A DNA stretch of 64,000 nt from contig NC_043002.1 of assembly GCF_006345805.1 (NCBI RefSeq), forward strand, positions 2,728,001-2,792,000. The letters run 5' to 3'. The notes beneath the pieces were generated by a model. It was not told the DNA's origin and did no database searches. It was given only the letters and a program-made list of their open reading frames with translations. The first letter of the stretch is position 1; every line of letters begins with the position of its first letter. This DNA comes from Octopus sinensis. Lineage: Eukaryota. Positions 1-13,879 of the stretch are shown here, piece after piece. Both the position numbers and the translations under genes were made by a program.

Positions 1-57
1 TACACTCTAATCAAAACCCATAACAGGGCCCCTCTATTGGATTCAGTTTAAAGTCAA

Positions 58-130
58 ACACACACACACGCACACACACATACACACACACACACTCACA
101 CACACTCACATACACACACTCACACACACT

Positions 131-158
<28 letters not shown>
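58..158. repeat. (CA)n microsatellite
   Basis: Directly visible CA/CT-interrupted dinucleotide run. Confidence 0.95.
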
Positions 159-161
<3 letters not shown>

Positions 162-918
162 TGATGATGGTGGCTGTCTACTCATGATCGAAGAAAACCA
201 TTGTTGACCATTGCCCATGTAAAATGCCTGCAATACCCATACATGAGGTCAATGCACCACCAGTCCGCTTCACCTGTGTTTGCATCCGCAGCTTCCATGC
301 TCACCTCGGCTCCCTCCATCCCGACCGGGCTTCACATAGTTTCCTTGCCAGCGATTGCACAACCTAAAATTTTAAGCCCAATAAAGCTTTTACAACACAT
401 CCCAGACCCTTTCTACCCCCACTGACATGATCCAGAGAGAGGCCAGGGCAAGATATCCAGTGCCAATATCGATTGCAGCCTCAGGAATGTGGCAGCACCA
501 TGGCATCAAGCGCAAGCAAAAGATCACCAAAAATGTTCAATGCCATTCCCTTCATTCCTGGTTTTATGTCAGAGTGTCCTTCCCCCAGAGTTGTGATTTA
601 ACAAAAGATAAGGGTTTCCTCACTTCCAGTGGTCTCCCAGCAATCTGGATGCCAACCCAGAATTTCAGAGGACCCGTGCTATTGCTAGATTGTCGTTGAA
701 CCTACACAAGGCTCGTCTGTTCTAATCACAGGTCTTGGTTTTGGTCCTGCTGGGTTTCTAGTAACAGTCCTCAACAGGTAAGCCTTATCGGGCTGCGAGT
801 TGTACTGGATTCCATGTTACCAGTAGCACACACATAAGTGACCTCACACACATATACATATATGTGTGTGTATGTATGTATGTATGTATGTATGTATATA
901 TATATATATATATATATT

Positions 919-1200
919 TGGAATTTACAAAATACAAAAGACGACAGGTGTGTAAACAACAAACAGGTGTATTAGTTTAACGCTCGGGAAGGTGAGAAAG
1001 TCTTTTACGTTTTGAGCCTATGCTTGTCAACAGAAAGGAACACGAGAAAATAAACAGAGAAAGAATTAAAAAATGAAACCTTTAGTGGCTAGCGGTCAAT
1101 CATGGTGATGGCCGGATATGGGTGGTCAGACAGAAGAGCTAGGAAGAAGGGAGATAATAAAGTAGTGGTGATCCTAAAACGAATTGCGCGTACGTGACAA
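919..1200 (-). mobile_element. Non-autonomous Penelope-type repeat with degenerate hammerhead motif
   Basis: Clearly similar to 35840-36215 and 51275-51600. The minus strand near 1002-1037 reads CTTT-CTGTTGA-CAAGC-ATAG-GCTC-AAAAC-GTA-AAAG, a decayed hammerhead layout. Confidence 0.6.
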
Positions 1201-1202
1201 GG

Positions 1203-1352
1203 CCAATAATTTTGGAGGCGGGATAAGTCGATTACATCCACCCCAGCGCTCAACTGGTATTTATTTCATCGACCCTGAAAGGATGAAAGACAAAGTCGAC
1301 CTCGGCGGAACTTGAACTCAGAACGTAACGACAGACAAAATGCCACTAAGCA
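1203..1352 (-). mobile_element. tRNA-derived SINE, family B (partial)
   Basis: Reverse complement contains GAGTTCAAGTTCCGCCGAGGTCGACTTTG..TTTCATCCTTTCAGGGTCGAT, shared with the 32560, 35115, 37931 and 40115 copies. Confidence 0.85.
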
Positions 1353-1559
1353 TTACGTATAGCTAGACTCGCATTTCAGAGAAATCTTTATGCGATTTAC
1401 AAACACGAGGACAAGAGCTCAAGAAAGTATTAGGATAAAATATTTAGTAAGTGAGGGCTAATATAATCAATGTGCAATTAATTATAATTAGAGCGGAAAT
1501 GTATCGAGTAATTATTTGCTGTAACAATTCTGCTCAAAAAAGGAGACACGTGCACACAG

Positions 1560-1603
1560 ACATAGACATACATACACACTTATACACACACACACATACA
1601 CAC

Positions 1604-1649
<46 letters not shown>

Positions 1650-1772
1650 CATGCATACATACATACAGACAGACAGACAGCTAGATAGATAGATAGATAC
1701 ATACATACATACATACATACATACATACAGACAGACAGACAGACAGACTGACTGACTGACTGACTGACTGAC

Positions 1773-1807
<35 letters not shown>

Positions 1808-1892
1808 AAAAATGCATACATACATACATACATAAATACATACATACATACAGATAGATAGAAAGATAGATAGATGAATAAATAGATACATA
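1560..1892. repeat. Compound microsatellite (CA/TA/TACA/CAGA/TAGA/CTGA)
   Basis: Directly visible. Confidence 0.95.
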
Positions 1893-2364
1893 CATGACGG
1901 CTGTCCCCTCGTTATCGAGTATGGCCATTGCACGAAGCTTAACTGTTATTGGTGCTGTGATCGAATGTGACTTTTATTTGCTTTTTAAGGCTACAGCCAG
2001 CCATTCAGTTGAGACTCACAGCACCATCAACAATCATGAACAATGTTGTTATCGTGCAATGCCTGTGCAAGAAGATTTTTTTTTTAAGTGAGGAAAGGCT
2101 GTGCACTGAGTCAGTCCCACACACTAAGCAACAGCAGCCATAATCCGAAAAGAAGAACAAGTCAACATCATCGGTAACCACTGAGCCGCAGGTTTTATGT
2201 TGGAGTTATCCCAGTTACCTGAGTTACCTTCTCCTAGAAGGATGCCCTGACAAAGGCTAGGAGTCCTTCACTCCCAATGGTTTAACCGCGCGATCGGGTA
2301 TTCAGTCCGATTATTTCTATGTCCCCGCGCATGATACAGCCTTAAGCCTTAAGAAAAAAAAATG

Positions 2365-2615
2365 CATACATACATAACATACACACATACATACATAACA
2401 TACATACATACATACATACATACATACATACATAACATACATACACACATACATACATAACATACATAACATACATACATACATACATGCATACATACAT
2501 ACATACATACATACATACATACATAACATACATACACACATACATACATAACATACATACACACATACATACATACATACATACATACATACATACATAC
2601 ATACATACATACATG
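2365..2615. repeat. (TACA)n microsatellite
   Basis: Directly visible. Confidence 0.95.
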
Positions 2616-3292
2616 TGTGGGTGTTTGGGGTAAGAGAAATCGACATTATTCTAGAATAACCTGACAAACGTTAAAGTTTCAGAGCGAAATCAAACCGTTA
2701 CCAGTGTTGGGTGATTCGGCATATCAGACGCTAAGAGAGGGACTGGGTTGGCGTTTAGGATCTTAACAACAGCCATGAATGTTGCAATGAGCCAGTGTCC
2801 CCAGCCTTTCATTGGTACCGTTATTTATGGATGTCAATAGCAAAAGCTGTGCAAAAATTGTATTTTGTTAGACAACAGATCGTTCCCTAGATACAACCTG
2901 AAATGAAATGGCCTATATTTGGCGAACTTGTTTCAGAAGCAACAACCCTAGTCTCCTTCCGTGACGCACCCAACCCAATGGCTGAAAAGATTATAAGGTT
3001 TACTGCACGTGTCAGTAAGTTCAAAAGACAATCTCATATTTTCGGTGCGCTCTATACTTTTGCTAATTTTCTATTAGCTCTTATTTCTCCGATAATTTTC
3101 AACAAATATATACATCGGCATCTTAACAACATTTCCTCCATTCATATGTTTAATATAAAACTCGAGAATATAGACTAATGAGTAGAATTTTTAAGAAGAC
3201 CAGCACCGAAGCCGCTCTCTCGAATTCTCCTTTGTTTCATTTCAATAGAGTTCCTTATACATACATACATATATTTGTGTATATATATATAT

Positions 3293-3380
<88 letters not shown>

Positions 3381-3894
3381 CCCCATTTTATAAATATATA
3401 TATATAATATATATGAGTTGATTATTTTGTTTTTAATTTATTTTTATACTTGATAATTTTCAGATGTAAATAAATTTCGCATGAAGACAATTCTATTTCG
3501 AAGACGGCCGCGGCGGCAGCGACTGCCAGAAGATTCTATTTCAAATACCTATTAGCGAATACTGTTTCAACATAATTATACTTTCTTCAAGAACTGGATT
3601 TTTTGTTTGCTTCGTTTTTTGTTTTTTTACTTTGATATCGTCTGCGCCACCGAGGGAGGGCTCTAAGTAGTGACACTCGCAGATATATATCTGTGAGTAA
3701 TCTAAACCCTGTAATAGATCTCCGTTATTCATACTAACTCACTCGACACACAAAGCTTACCTCTTTTCTATTATTAACTGTTAAAAGTTACGAAATCTTT
3801 CAGGCAACAAAACTCGACACAATTTCTCACAAGTATTATGTCATAACAAGAGTGTTATCTATCACAAGTCGGGTAACATTTTCTGGTGCGTGCC

Positions 3895-3992
3895 TGTATG
3901 TATATATATATATAATAATATATATATATTATATATATATTATATATATAATATATATATATATATAGTGTATGTATTAGTATGTATATATA

Positions 3993-4036
<44 letters not shown>

Positions 4037-4067
4037 ATGTATACGTATATGTATATGTATACGTATA

Positions 4068-4102
<35 letters not shown>

Positions 4103-4300
4103 ATATATGTATATACGTATATATATATATAATGTATATATATATATGTATGTATGCATATATATATGTATGTATATATACGTATATATGTATGTATGTA
4201 TACATGTATGTATGTTTACATGTGTATATATAATGTATATACGTATATATATAATGTTTGTATGTATATATGTCTATATAATGTGTATGCATATATATAT
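3895..4300. repeat. (TA)n/(TATG)n low-complexity tract
   Basis: Directly visible; source of the spurious YI-repeat ORFs. Confidence 0.95.
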
Positions 4301-4415
4301 AAATTTAAAATAAGGATGAGAAATTAGATATCTATTTAATTAACATTGATTTCACACCAGTGGTCTAACATAAAAAAAAGTGAAAGTTCAGTAAAACTTT
4401 ATAATATATATATTA

Positions 4416-4572
4416 GAGGGAAACCACTATGTGGACACCCATATGCTAGAAATAGATCCGCTACGGTCTCACCACCAAGAAATGTTCTCAAGAAAAATTT
4501 GAGAACATTCTTGGTGGTGAGACCGCAGCGGATCTATTTCTAGCATATGGTGTCCACATAGTGGTTTCCCTC
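4416..4572. mobile_element. Palindromic MITE-like element (~75-bp arms) flanked by TA
   Basis: TA|GAGGGAAACCACTATGTGGACAC...GTGTCCACATAGTGGTTTCCCTC|TA. The arms are near-perfect around a ~7-nt loop. TA flanks fit Tc1/mariner-type target duplication (inference). Confidence 0.7.
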
Positions 4573-4619
4573 TAATATATATATCTATATATATTATATA
4601 TATAGATATATATAAATAT

Positions 4620-4801
4620 ATGTATGTGTGTGTGTATATGTTTGTGTGACTATGTTTGACCCCCACCATCGATTGACAGCCGATGGTCATGTCTTTACGT
4701 CCCCGTAACTTAGCAGTTCGGCAAAAGTTACCAGTAAGATAAGTACTAGACTCACAAAGAATAAGTCCTGGGGTCGCTTTGTTCGACTAAAGGTGGTGCT
4801 C
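4620..4801 (+). mobile_element. SINE family A, 3' part
   Basis: Contains CGTCCCCGTAACTTAGCAGTTCGGCAAAAG and AAGAATAAGTCCTGGGGTCG, as in the full copies at 33751 and 48320. Confidence 0.85.
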
Positions 4802-4804
4802 TCT

Positions 4805-4925
4805 CTGTCCATCTCTTTCTTTCTCTCTCTCTCTCTCTCTCACTCTCTCTCTCTCTCTCTCTCCTCAGTATATATATATATTTGTATATATATACTATAT
4901 ATGTGTATATATACAATATATGTAG

Positions 4926-4956
<31 letters not shown>

Positions 4957-5144
4957 ATCATATATATATCTATATACATATATCATATATATATATTATA
5001 TATATAACATATATATATATATATATAACATATATATATATATATATATACATATATATATACATATACTATAATATATATATATATATATTATATAATA
5101 TATTATACATATATATATATTATATAACATATATATATATATAT

Positions 5145-5181
<37 letters not shown>

Positions 5182-5206
5182 CAATTATATTATATATATA
5201 ATAACA

Positions 5207-5244
<38 letters not shown>

Positions 5245-5274
5245 CATATAATAGATTATATACATTATATAATA

Positions 5275-5372
<98 letters not shown>

Positions 5373-5410
5373 TATACATATGTATATATATTATATATAT
5401 AATATATACA
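4805..5410. repeat. (CT)n followed by long (TA)n tract
   Basis: Directly visible; abuts the 5' end of the Penelope ORF. Confidence 0.95.
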
Positions 5411-8400
5411 TACATTGGATCACTGGAAGGATTCCTGTGAGAGAGAAGAGAGAAATTCTCTCCTACGCTGGGAGAAAAACATGGACTTCTTCCAAAAATA
5501 TAGTGAAACCTTCAAAAATGAATTGGGTACAAATAATCCCTTCCTTAAGAAAATTACAATAAATAAAAGAAAAAACCTAACAACCCACGAACAACCCCCA
5601 ACTATCCTCCATACACTAAAAACAGAAATCACCACAACCACCTTTACAAACCACGCTAGACTTAACAGGGACTTAGCTGAAAGAGGACGCGTCTATGAAA
5701 GAAATTACACCAAAAACAGAACAAACCAACAACATCCTAATACCAGACCCAACCACCATACAGCACAATACGACACTAGGATAAGGAATACACCACACGC
5801 AAATCACTACTACCCCATGAACCAAAACTACTGGTCCCCACTAAACACAAGACAAACGCAAAGAAACACTATGTCAAGCAACACCCCACATACAAGAAGT
5901 TCGAAACAAAAATATTCCCCATACAGAAATTTTACACACACCACAAGCATTAACAACCATAGATTCTCACACACACACAACGATCGGAGGCAACAATACC
6001 ACCACTCCCCCGACCAAATGCCACACAACCTCACAGACAACTCATACAAACAAAATTACACCCAACATTTTTTAGCCAGGGACCAGGGACACCAGGACAC
6101 AGGCTGGAACCTAGTAATAAGGAAAAACCGAAGATAATCAATCTTTCAACCAAACCTCTTTCTAACATAAAAATTGACATCCTCGCAAAAGGGCTCAAAT
6201 TTACACCAACTCCACGCAGAGCAAACCTAAATGAACTCAAGGATAATATAACAGAATTTTGCAGAAAATTAAGACTAGCAGAAGCATCAACAGTTTTCAA
6301 TACTGAAGATGAATCACTAGTCAAGAACAAAAGTGAACACATCCCACACAGAGGAAGAAATAAAGATCTTGACGAATTCTGTAACCACATTGAGAACTTC
6401 CCCTACCATACTATACATAAACAGAAAGCTAACCCAAATTTTAACACTACACAATGGAAAGAAGTGATAGAACTCCAAAATGATGAAGATATAACCATTA
6501 AGGAAGCGGACAAGGGAAATGCAGTTGTAATAATGGATACATTATACTACAGAAATCTTGTAATTTCCTTGCTTGATGAAGACCTACATTATGAAAAAAT
6601 TACCAACTACACCCCACAAAAAATTACCAACTACACCCCACAAAAAATAATGAAAACTCTATCTTCACTAATTAAAACCCATGAAAAGGAACTGACAACC
6701 AAAGAGATTGATTTCCTAACAAACTTTAAATGCAAACCTAGCCTTTTCTATGGTCTGCCAAAAATTCATAAAAGTCAAATTATAATGAAACCATTAAAAA
6801 ATCACCAAAGACATACATACACACACCTAATCTGGGGGACCTAAAACTACGACCCATTGTAGCTGGCCCACCTGTGAAACACACAGACTAAGTCTACTTA
6901 TGGACATCCTCTTGAAACCCTTCCTTAAACATATCGATAGCCATATCAGAGATGACTTAGATATGTTAAACCACCTTCCAAAAAACCAAGGAAGAACAAT
7001 CCTGGTTTCATTTGATGTAGTCAACTTGTATACCAGTATACCTCATAATTATGGACTGGAGGCAATACAATTCTGGTTAGACCAATTTCCGGAAGAAATA
7101 CCAAAAAGGATCAGTAGGAATTCATTACTAAATCAATTGAATTCATCCTACACAATAACCACTTCATGTTTGACAATACATTTTACCGTCAAAAATCCGG
7201 AATTGCTATGGGTACAAGGGCAGCACCAGTCATTGCGAACTTAACAATGGGATACATGGAAATAATCATTTACCAGGAATCTCTATCAATCTTTGGAAAC
7301 TCCCTCTCTCAATACATAAAAGAAAATTGGAAACGATTCCTAGACGATTGTTTCATTCTCTGGAATGAAAACATAGATAAACTCCTAAAATTTAAAAACC
7401 TATTGAACAGCATAAACCCAAATATACAGTTCACAATGGAATACAACCAAAAGGAGCTCCCGTTCTTGGATATACTAATTAAAAAAATTAACCTTAAAAT
7501 AGAAACAGACATTTTTTACAAAGCCACAGACGCCAAACAATACCTTCTTTTTAATTCATGCCACCCAAGACACACTAAACAAACATCCCCTTCAACCTTG
7601 CAAGAAGGATATGCACAATAGTGTCAGAACAAAATACCAGGAACTTTAGACTGCAAGAACTCAAAAACACCCTAATTGACAGACATTACCCAGTTCAACT
7701 CATAGAGGATGGGATCAGACGTGCAACAGAAATCAACATAGAAACTTTAAGAAAAGTTCAACACAACAACACACCTTCCCCGAAAATACTACCTTACATA
7801 TCTACATACAACCCCAGAAACAAAGAAGCCTTCACCATCATCACCCAGAATTTACCAATACTTCATAAAAACCCAAAATTAAAGGAAATTCTAAACATAC
7901 ACCAAATCATTAAAAGCTACAAACAGCCAAAATCACTTAAAAAGATTCCCACAAAGGCAAAATTGTCTTCTAAAATTATGGATGCAAAAGTAAAAAAATG
8001 TGGTAGATCGAACTGTGCAACATGTCCTAACCTATTGGAAGGATCAGAATTCTTCTTTAAAGAGGGACAGAAATTTAAGATCAAATCTAACTTTACTTGT
8101 GCCTCTGAAAACATAATTTATGTTATTAAATGCTCGGGCTGCCACCAAGACTACGTGGGTTCCACGGGACTATCACTCAGGCGTAGATGCACACTGCATC
8201 GACAACAGATTGCATTCCCAGAATATAGAATGATACCTTTTAGTGAGCACATTGAGAAATGCGCAAAGCAACTACTGCCACAATTTTTAATCTTCCCATT
8301 TTACCAATGTGCTTTCGGATCATCAACACAAATGAGACTGAACAAGGAAACATTCTTCATTGAAAAGTACAAACCCAGACTCAACCATCCGAACATACTG

Positions 8401-8720
8401 ACACAGAGAAATTAACAAGGAAAAGGGAAAAAAAAATTTTTAAGCGATTATCTCCCTTACACCGGAAGAAATCACTCACTACCTCCCCTTATTTAGAAAT
8501 CTCCTGGAAATAAAAACAACGATAACTCCATGCAATATAAACATAACGTCACAAGAAATTTGAAAAGCTACACGCGAAACCGGTAATTTCTTTAAAAATT
8601 TTAAAATTATGTCATTTTAAGGAAAGGAAAAAAAATTTTGTCAATATTCTCCAGACATTTTGACACAAATATATATATTTTTTAACATTTAAGCCTTCTG
8701 TCGTTCTTTCACACTTTACT
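5411..8720 (+). mobile_element. Penelope-like retroelement (RT + GIY-YIG endonuclease)
   Basis: Motifs in order: IINLS, ILAKGLKFTPTP, IKEADKGNAVVIMD, FYGLPKIHK, LRPIVAG, LVSFDVVNLYTSIP, QKSGIAMGTRAAPVIANLTMG, WKRFLDD (7337-7348), LPFLDI, YLLFNSCHPRHTK, then CGRSNCATC and NIIYVIKC..C..DYVGSTG..LRRR..LHR (GIY-YIG). This architecture is diagnostic of Penelope-like elements. The 3' boundary is approximate. Confidence 0.95.
5415..8415 (+). pseudogene. Penelope polyprotein, ~1000 codons, split by five apparent -1 frameshifts
   Basis: Reading across frames gives a continuous protein with single-base deletions near 6125, 6790, 6868, 7116 and 7578. I saw no in-frame stop in the reconstructed frame. 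There is an in-frame 24-bp duplication (KITNYTPQ x2) at 6596-6643. Confidence 0.8.
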
Positions 8721-8749
8721 ATTTTCTTATATATATATATATATATATC

Positions 8750-8955
8750 AAAATGTGACCGCATGTGTACCGTTGGCGATTTTTTTCCTCTGTCTTCCCT
8801 TCTCGGGATCTTTCCTCCTATGTTTCCGACGAAGAGCTCCGCTCGAAACGTTAAACCCTCCTTCTTCCCTTCTTTCCTGAGCGTCCAATAATATTATATT
8901 TGTTCCACGTCCTCGCGTTGTTGTGTTTTTTTTGCGCTTTCTTGTTTGGATTAAC
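8750..8955 (+). mobile_element. Penelope-type terminal repeat (pLTR-like) with hammerhead motif
   Basis: Its reverse complement shares ACGCTCAGGAA...ACGTTTCGAGC..GCTCTTC with the 27555 and 51275 repeats. It lies just downstream of the Penelope ORF, separated by (TA)n. Confidence 0.65.
8822..8856 (+). ncRNA. Minimal type I hammerhead ribozyme motif (U4C variant)
   Basis: GTTT-CCGACGA-A-GAGC(TCC)GCTC-GAAAC-GTT-AAAC. Stem I is GTTT/AAAC, stem II is GAGC/GCTC, and GAAACGU(H) forms the palindromic stem III. Confidence 0.6.
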
Positions 8956-9264
8956 TTTATATACACTATATATATATGTATATATATACTATATATATGT
9001 ATATATACTATATATATGCATATCTTTCTTTTTTTCTTTTTACTTGTTTCAGTCATTTGACTGCGGCCATACTGGAGCACCGCCTATATATGTATATTTT
9101 TTTTCCTTTTCATCTTCATTTTCATCTAGTTTCAGCTCACGAGCTGTGGCCATGAATATGTGGCTACAGGACAAGTAAACACAGAAAAGGGACCTATTTT
9201 CTCTCATTGTTTACGTGTTTCATGTTATTTGCACCATTGATGACGTCCCGTACCCATATATGAA

Positions 9265-9317
<53 letters not shown>

Positions 9318-9339
9318 TGTGTGTGTGTGTGTGTGTGTG

Positions 9340-9370
<31 letters not shown>

Positions 9371-9958
9371 TATATTATATATCGATTTCCAAGTATATAT
9401 ATATATGCATATATATATAGAAACATATATATACATATATAAATACATACATACATAAATACATATATACTATATATACACGCACACACACACTAGAGTG
9501 TGACGATGGGGATTTTTCGAATCATATTTTTGTCACCATAGGTAATATCTGGAACTATGGTCTAATTACAATAATTATGATTTCACATTTATCAAATTTC
9601 TTGGCGCTTACATACAATGATGAAATGAAAGTTAGTTTTCAATACAAAAATATTTATCACCTTAAAATAAGTTTAAAATATTCAACAATTTAAACAAAAT
9701 TGAAAAGAAAATTACTTTCGACGTTCATTCCATATGGAAGTCCACACTCACATGCACACAAACACATACCTTCACTCTCTCTCTCTCTCTCTCACTCTCT
9801 CTCTCTCTCTCTCACTCTCTCTCTCGCTCTCTCTCTCTCAGTATATATATATATATATATATAGCCTGCTACCAAGCGTTGAATGTGCACTGGTTCTACA
9901 CCTCATACGTTAACTGCTTCGGTCTCTCTCTCTCTCTCACTCTCTCAACCCCCCCACA

Positions 9959-9959
<1 letters not shown>

Positions 9960-9994
<35 letters not shown>

Positions 9995-10047
9995 GACACA
10001 AACACACACACACACACACACACAAACACACAAACACACACACACAA

Positions 10048-10080
<33 letters not shown>

Positions 10081-10105
10081 CACAAACATACACACACACA
10101 CAAAC

Positions 10106-10137
<32 letters not shown>

Positions 10138-10256
10138 CACAAACACACACACACACACACAAACAAACACACACACACACACAACACACAAACACACACA
10201 CACAAACACACACACACACAAAACACACACACACAAACACACAAACACACACACAA

Positions 10257-10313
<57 letters not shown>

Positions 10314-10336
10314 AAACACACACACAAACAAAACAA

Positions 10337-10369
<33 letters not shown>

Positions 10370-10396
10370 CACACAAACATACACACACACACAAAC

Positions 10397-10431
<35 letters not shown>

Positions 10432-10490
10432 CACATACACAAACATACACACACACACAAACACACACACACACACACACACACACTCCT
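9960..10490. repeat. ~530-bp (CA)n tract with CAAA variants
   Basis: Directly visible; source of the HT/CV-repeat ORFs. Confidence 0.95.
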
Positions 10491-10831
10491 TCATGTGTTA
10501 CCGGTGTATCGCAATAAGCACTTGAACATAATTGTAATCTTTACGCCATATTCTTCAGAGAAAATCTTTCAGCAGAAAAGAACTAGAAGCAATAATTTGA
10601 CATCAAACCTCAAAACGGAAAACGGTGAGGGGAGGGGTGATATAGAAAGAAGTGAAAATGCGATTTTGGGAGGTTTTCGGGTTTGTATTCTCCTGTGTTT
10701 AAAACAAATATTTCGTAAAAGCCGCTGCGAAAAATAAAAGAAATAAAATTTTTTTAAACTTTCATTCAGTAAAATTGCAATCTCTGGTATTTTAAACATA
10801 AAATTTGGAAGTTTATTATTTTTTTTTAATA

Positions 10832-11180
10832 GGTGCGGATGTGGCTGTGTGTTATGAAGCTTTCTTCCCAACCACATGGCTCCGAGTTCGGTCCTACTGC
10901 GTGACATCTTGGGCAAGTGTCTTCTACTATGGCCTCGGGTCGATCAAAGCCTTGTGAGTGGATGTGGTAGGCCCGTCGTGTATGTGAGCGTATGTGTGTG
11001 TATGTGTGTGTGTTTGTCTTCCACCATCGCTTGACAACCGGCTCGGCAAAGGAAACTGATGGAATTAGTTCCAGACTTTAAAAAATTAGTCTTGAAGTCG
11101 ATTTATTCAATGAAGAAGTCTTCAAGACGTTGCCCCAGTATGGCCGTAGTCAAATGACTAAAACAGACAAAGGGTGAAAG
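10832..11180 (+). mobile_element. SINE family A
   Basis: Head GGTGCGGATGTGGCTGTGTG..CCAACCACATGGCTCCGAGTTCGGTCCTACTGCGTG; body TTGGGCAAGTGTCTTCTACTATGGCC; tail CAGTATGGCCGTAGTCAAATGACT. Confidence 0.9.
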
Positions 11181-11299
11181 ATTGCAAATAAAAGAAAACG
11201 GAGGAAGAAATTAACGGTGGGTGATTCTTGCTTCTTGCCAATTCAGCAAGCAGCTACCTAGTAATGTCTTCACTATGGTAAACGGCATTTCGGATTCTA

Positions 11300-11550
11300 A
11301 CAACATTTATTAATTAACAGCCAAACGTATGAAGTACCGACAAAATTCATAGATTAACCACTACGTATTTATTAATGACATAATATATTTATTGAAGACA
11401 AAATGTATTTATTAACAGTAAATGTATTTATTAACAACAAATATATTTTCGATAAAATTCATTTATTAACGTCGAATGGTATTTACTAATAACGAAATAT
11501 ATTAATGATTAAATGCATTTATTAATGAAGAAACGTATTATAAAGACGAA
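11300..11550. repeat. Degenerate ~21-bp AT-rich minisatellite (AAATGTATTTATTAA core)
   Basis: The TATTTATTAA core recurs at roughly 20-22 bp spacing. Confidence 0.6.
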
Positions 11551-12759
11551 GGAATGTGTGTACTGCTGGTCACAGTTTAAGTATTTACCGTTTCTATGGC
11601 AGGATTTGGTCCTGCGGAATTTAGTTGCTATTTGTAACATGCATGACAACTGAGTAGCCCCCGTGTATGGTTTTGCATTCCACTGAGAATTCTAGATTAG
11701 CAGAAAAATAAGGACAGAATTTACATTTTTGAATAAGAATTTTTTTTCTTTTTCATTTTAGAATTTGTGTGTTATGAGAGTGAACATCAGCAGCGAAATT
11801 AGGAAAATATCTTAATTCAAAGTTAATAATCGCTGACACAATGAAGGAAAGAAGTCATCGCTCATGACCGATTCCGAAATGTTGAATAGTGTGAAGAGAT
11901 TCAATGTGACAGAATTTAAAACAAATGAATGTAGCCAAGGAAAAGGCAGCGTGGCATAGGAAAATGTTGAAGAATGGCAATGTGGCAAGAAGAGGCAATG
12001 TTGCAATGCATCTAGTAGTTTATTCGAGAAAATAGGGAGGTGGGGAAATGCAGAATGGAAAAACAATATAGGGAGATATTTTGCGAAGGAAAAGCAATCG
12101 GTGACGTTGTAAATGGCAATGGAATATAAAAGCTAAGAAATAACAGTGAAAAAGCTATAAATTCTTAAAACATATAAATCCAAAAATGAAATATTGAAAA
12201 TATTTAAAATATCTGCTCTGTAATTGCGTGCCAAGTTGCACGCGATCTGTTCGTTCGTGATGCCCAGTAATGAAGACGGGTTCCTTTTTTTTTTTTTTTT
12301 CATTTAGCGTTCTTATGGTAATATGAGAGTGTAGGGTGGAATTGGCGAAGTATTCGCAGCATTTTCGTCGGCCTCTTACAGATCTCTGCCATTCGCTGTT
12401 ATATACGTACATAGCGTTGTTATTTTAGATGAAATATTTTACTATTTGTGTGTCTGCGACTTTAGTCAGCATTTCCTGTTGTTTACAGGAAATCCTAACT
12501 CCTGGGACAATAGGAAATCGTGGTCGATGTAAATAGCGAACGATAGAATTTTAACGACGAAATGTATCATAAAAATGGAAGGAGTTCTGTTGATGTTATT
12601 GTTCATCATTGTGTACGATGGTATGGCACGGCTCTTGAATTCAGTTCCCCTTTGGTACGGTACACCGAGAAAGTGTTTTCGACTGGTTCGAGTCGACCAA
12701 CGCCTTATAAGTGAATTTGGTAGGCAGAAAATTTGTGTGGCAATTCATCGTATATGTGT

Positions 12760-12769
12760 GAATGTGTGC

Positions 12770-12808
<39 letters not shown>

Positions 12809-13080
12809 TGTGTGTGAAAGAGAGAGAGGAGGCTTGTGCACGCCTTCCTCGCCGCTTGACAACCAGTGTAGGGGGATTTGAAATGGATTTAGTGGGAAAA
12901 TATAAACTGGTGGTCAACATGAACCAATATCTATATTAGGAGCCAAACTTAGCAATTCAGAAAAAGTGACTGATAGAATCAGCATCAGGCTTTAAAAACT
13001 AAGCACCGAAATCGACTCAACCGTTCAAGGCAGTGCCCCAGTATGGTCGCAGTCTAGTGAGTAATAGAATAGCAAAATAA
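12760..13080 (+). mobile_element. Degenerate SINE family A, 3' part
   Basis: CGCTTGACAACCAGTG, AACTTAGCAATTC and GGCAGTGCCCCAGTATGGTCGCAGTC match family A. Confidence 0.6.
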
Positions 13081-13879
13081 GATCATTTCAGGGGAATTTA
13101 GTTGCTATTTCTAGCATGTTGGGCGACCGGTAAGAAGCCTCTGACTTGATAAATCCACTCAGAGTTCAAAGTTTATTGAATAAAGATGTCTGAGGAGAGA
13201 ATTTCCATTTTAAACCACCAAAGTTATTTTATTAACCACAAAAATAATTTACTGTGACGATGAAGAGCACCGCCGGAATCAGGAGAATGTTTTTTCAATA
13301 AATCAATGTTTGAAATGGTTTATTGGAGGTGGGGAAGAAGCAAAAACCATGACCGAGTTTGAAAAATTGTATGTGGCAGAATTTGAGACAATTCACTGTA
13401 GCGAAGCAAAAATCAATGTAGCACAACAAAATGTGGCAGAGAGGCATTGTGGGAATTTTATTGAGTGTAGCAAAATGTGATTTTATTAGAAAAACAAAGA
13501 TGAATGGAGAATTTGTGGTTTGATCTATATATTATACATTGTACAATAGACGAGCCAGTGTTTGTCTCCAGCCTACACAAGATGTTGTAGTACATGCAGA
13601 ATTCACTGAAGTCAATGGAGGCGATGTACTCACTTCACCAGACATCGTAGAGCTACACTGTTCTCTAATTATTGTACAACATGTGACATTCACACCAGAA
13701 CGTATGTGTAGTGTAGACATGGCGATGTACCGTATATAGAGTGGGCATTAAATATTGTATTACACGGACAACGTCCGTCAGAGACGATGTTATGTAGCCC
13801 TAATGATTTTCTACATGTAATTAAACATTATTTATGATTATTTTAACTGATTGAGTCGAGTGAAAGTAGGATAATTAAC

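Noticed and set aside
200-840. Higher-GC segment with short ORFs
   Set aside because: No recognisable motifs; probably an old unclassified repeat.
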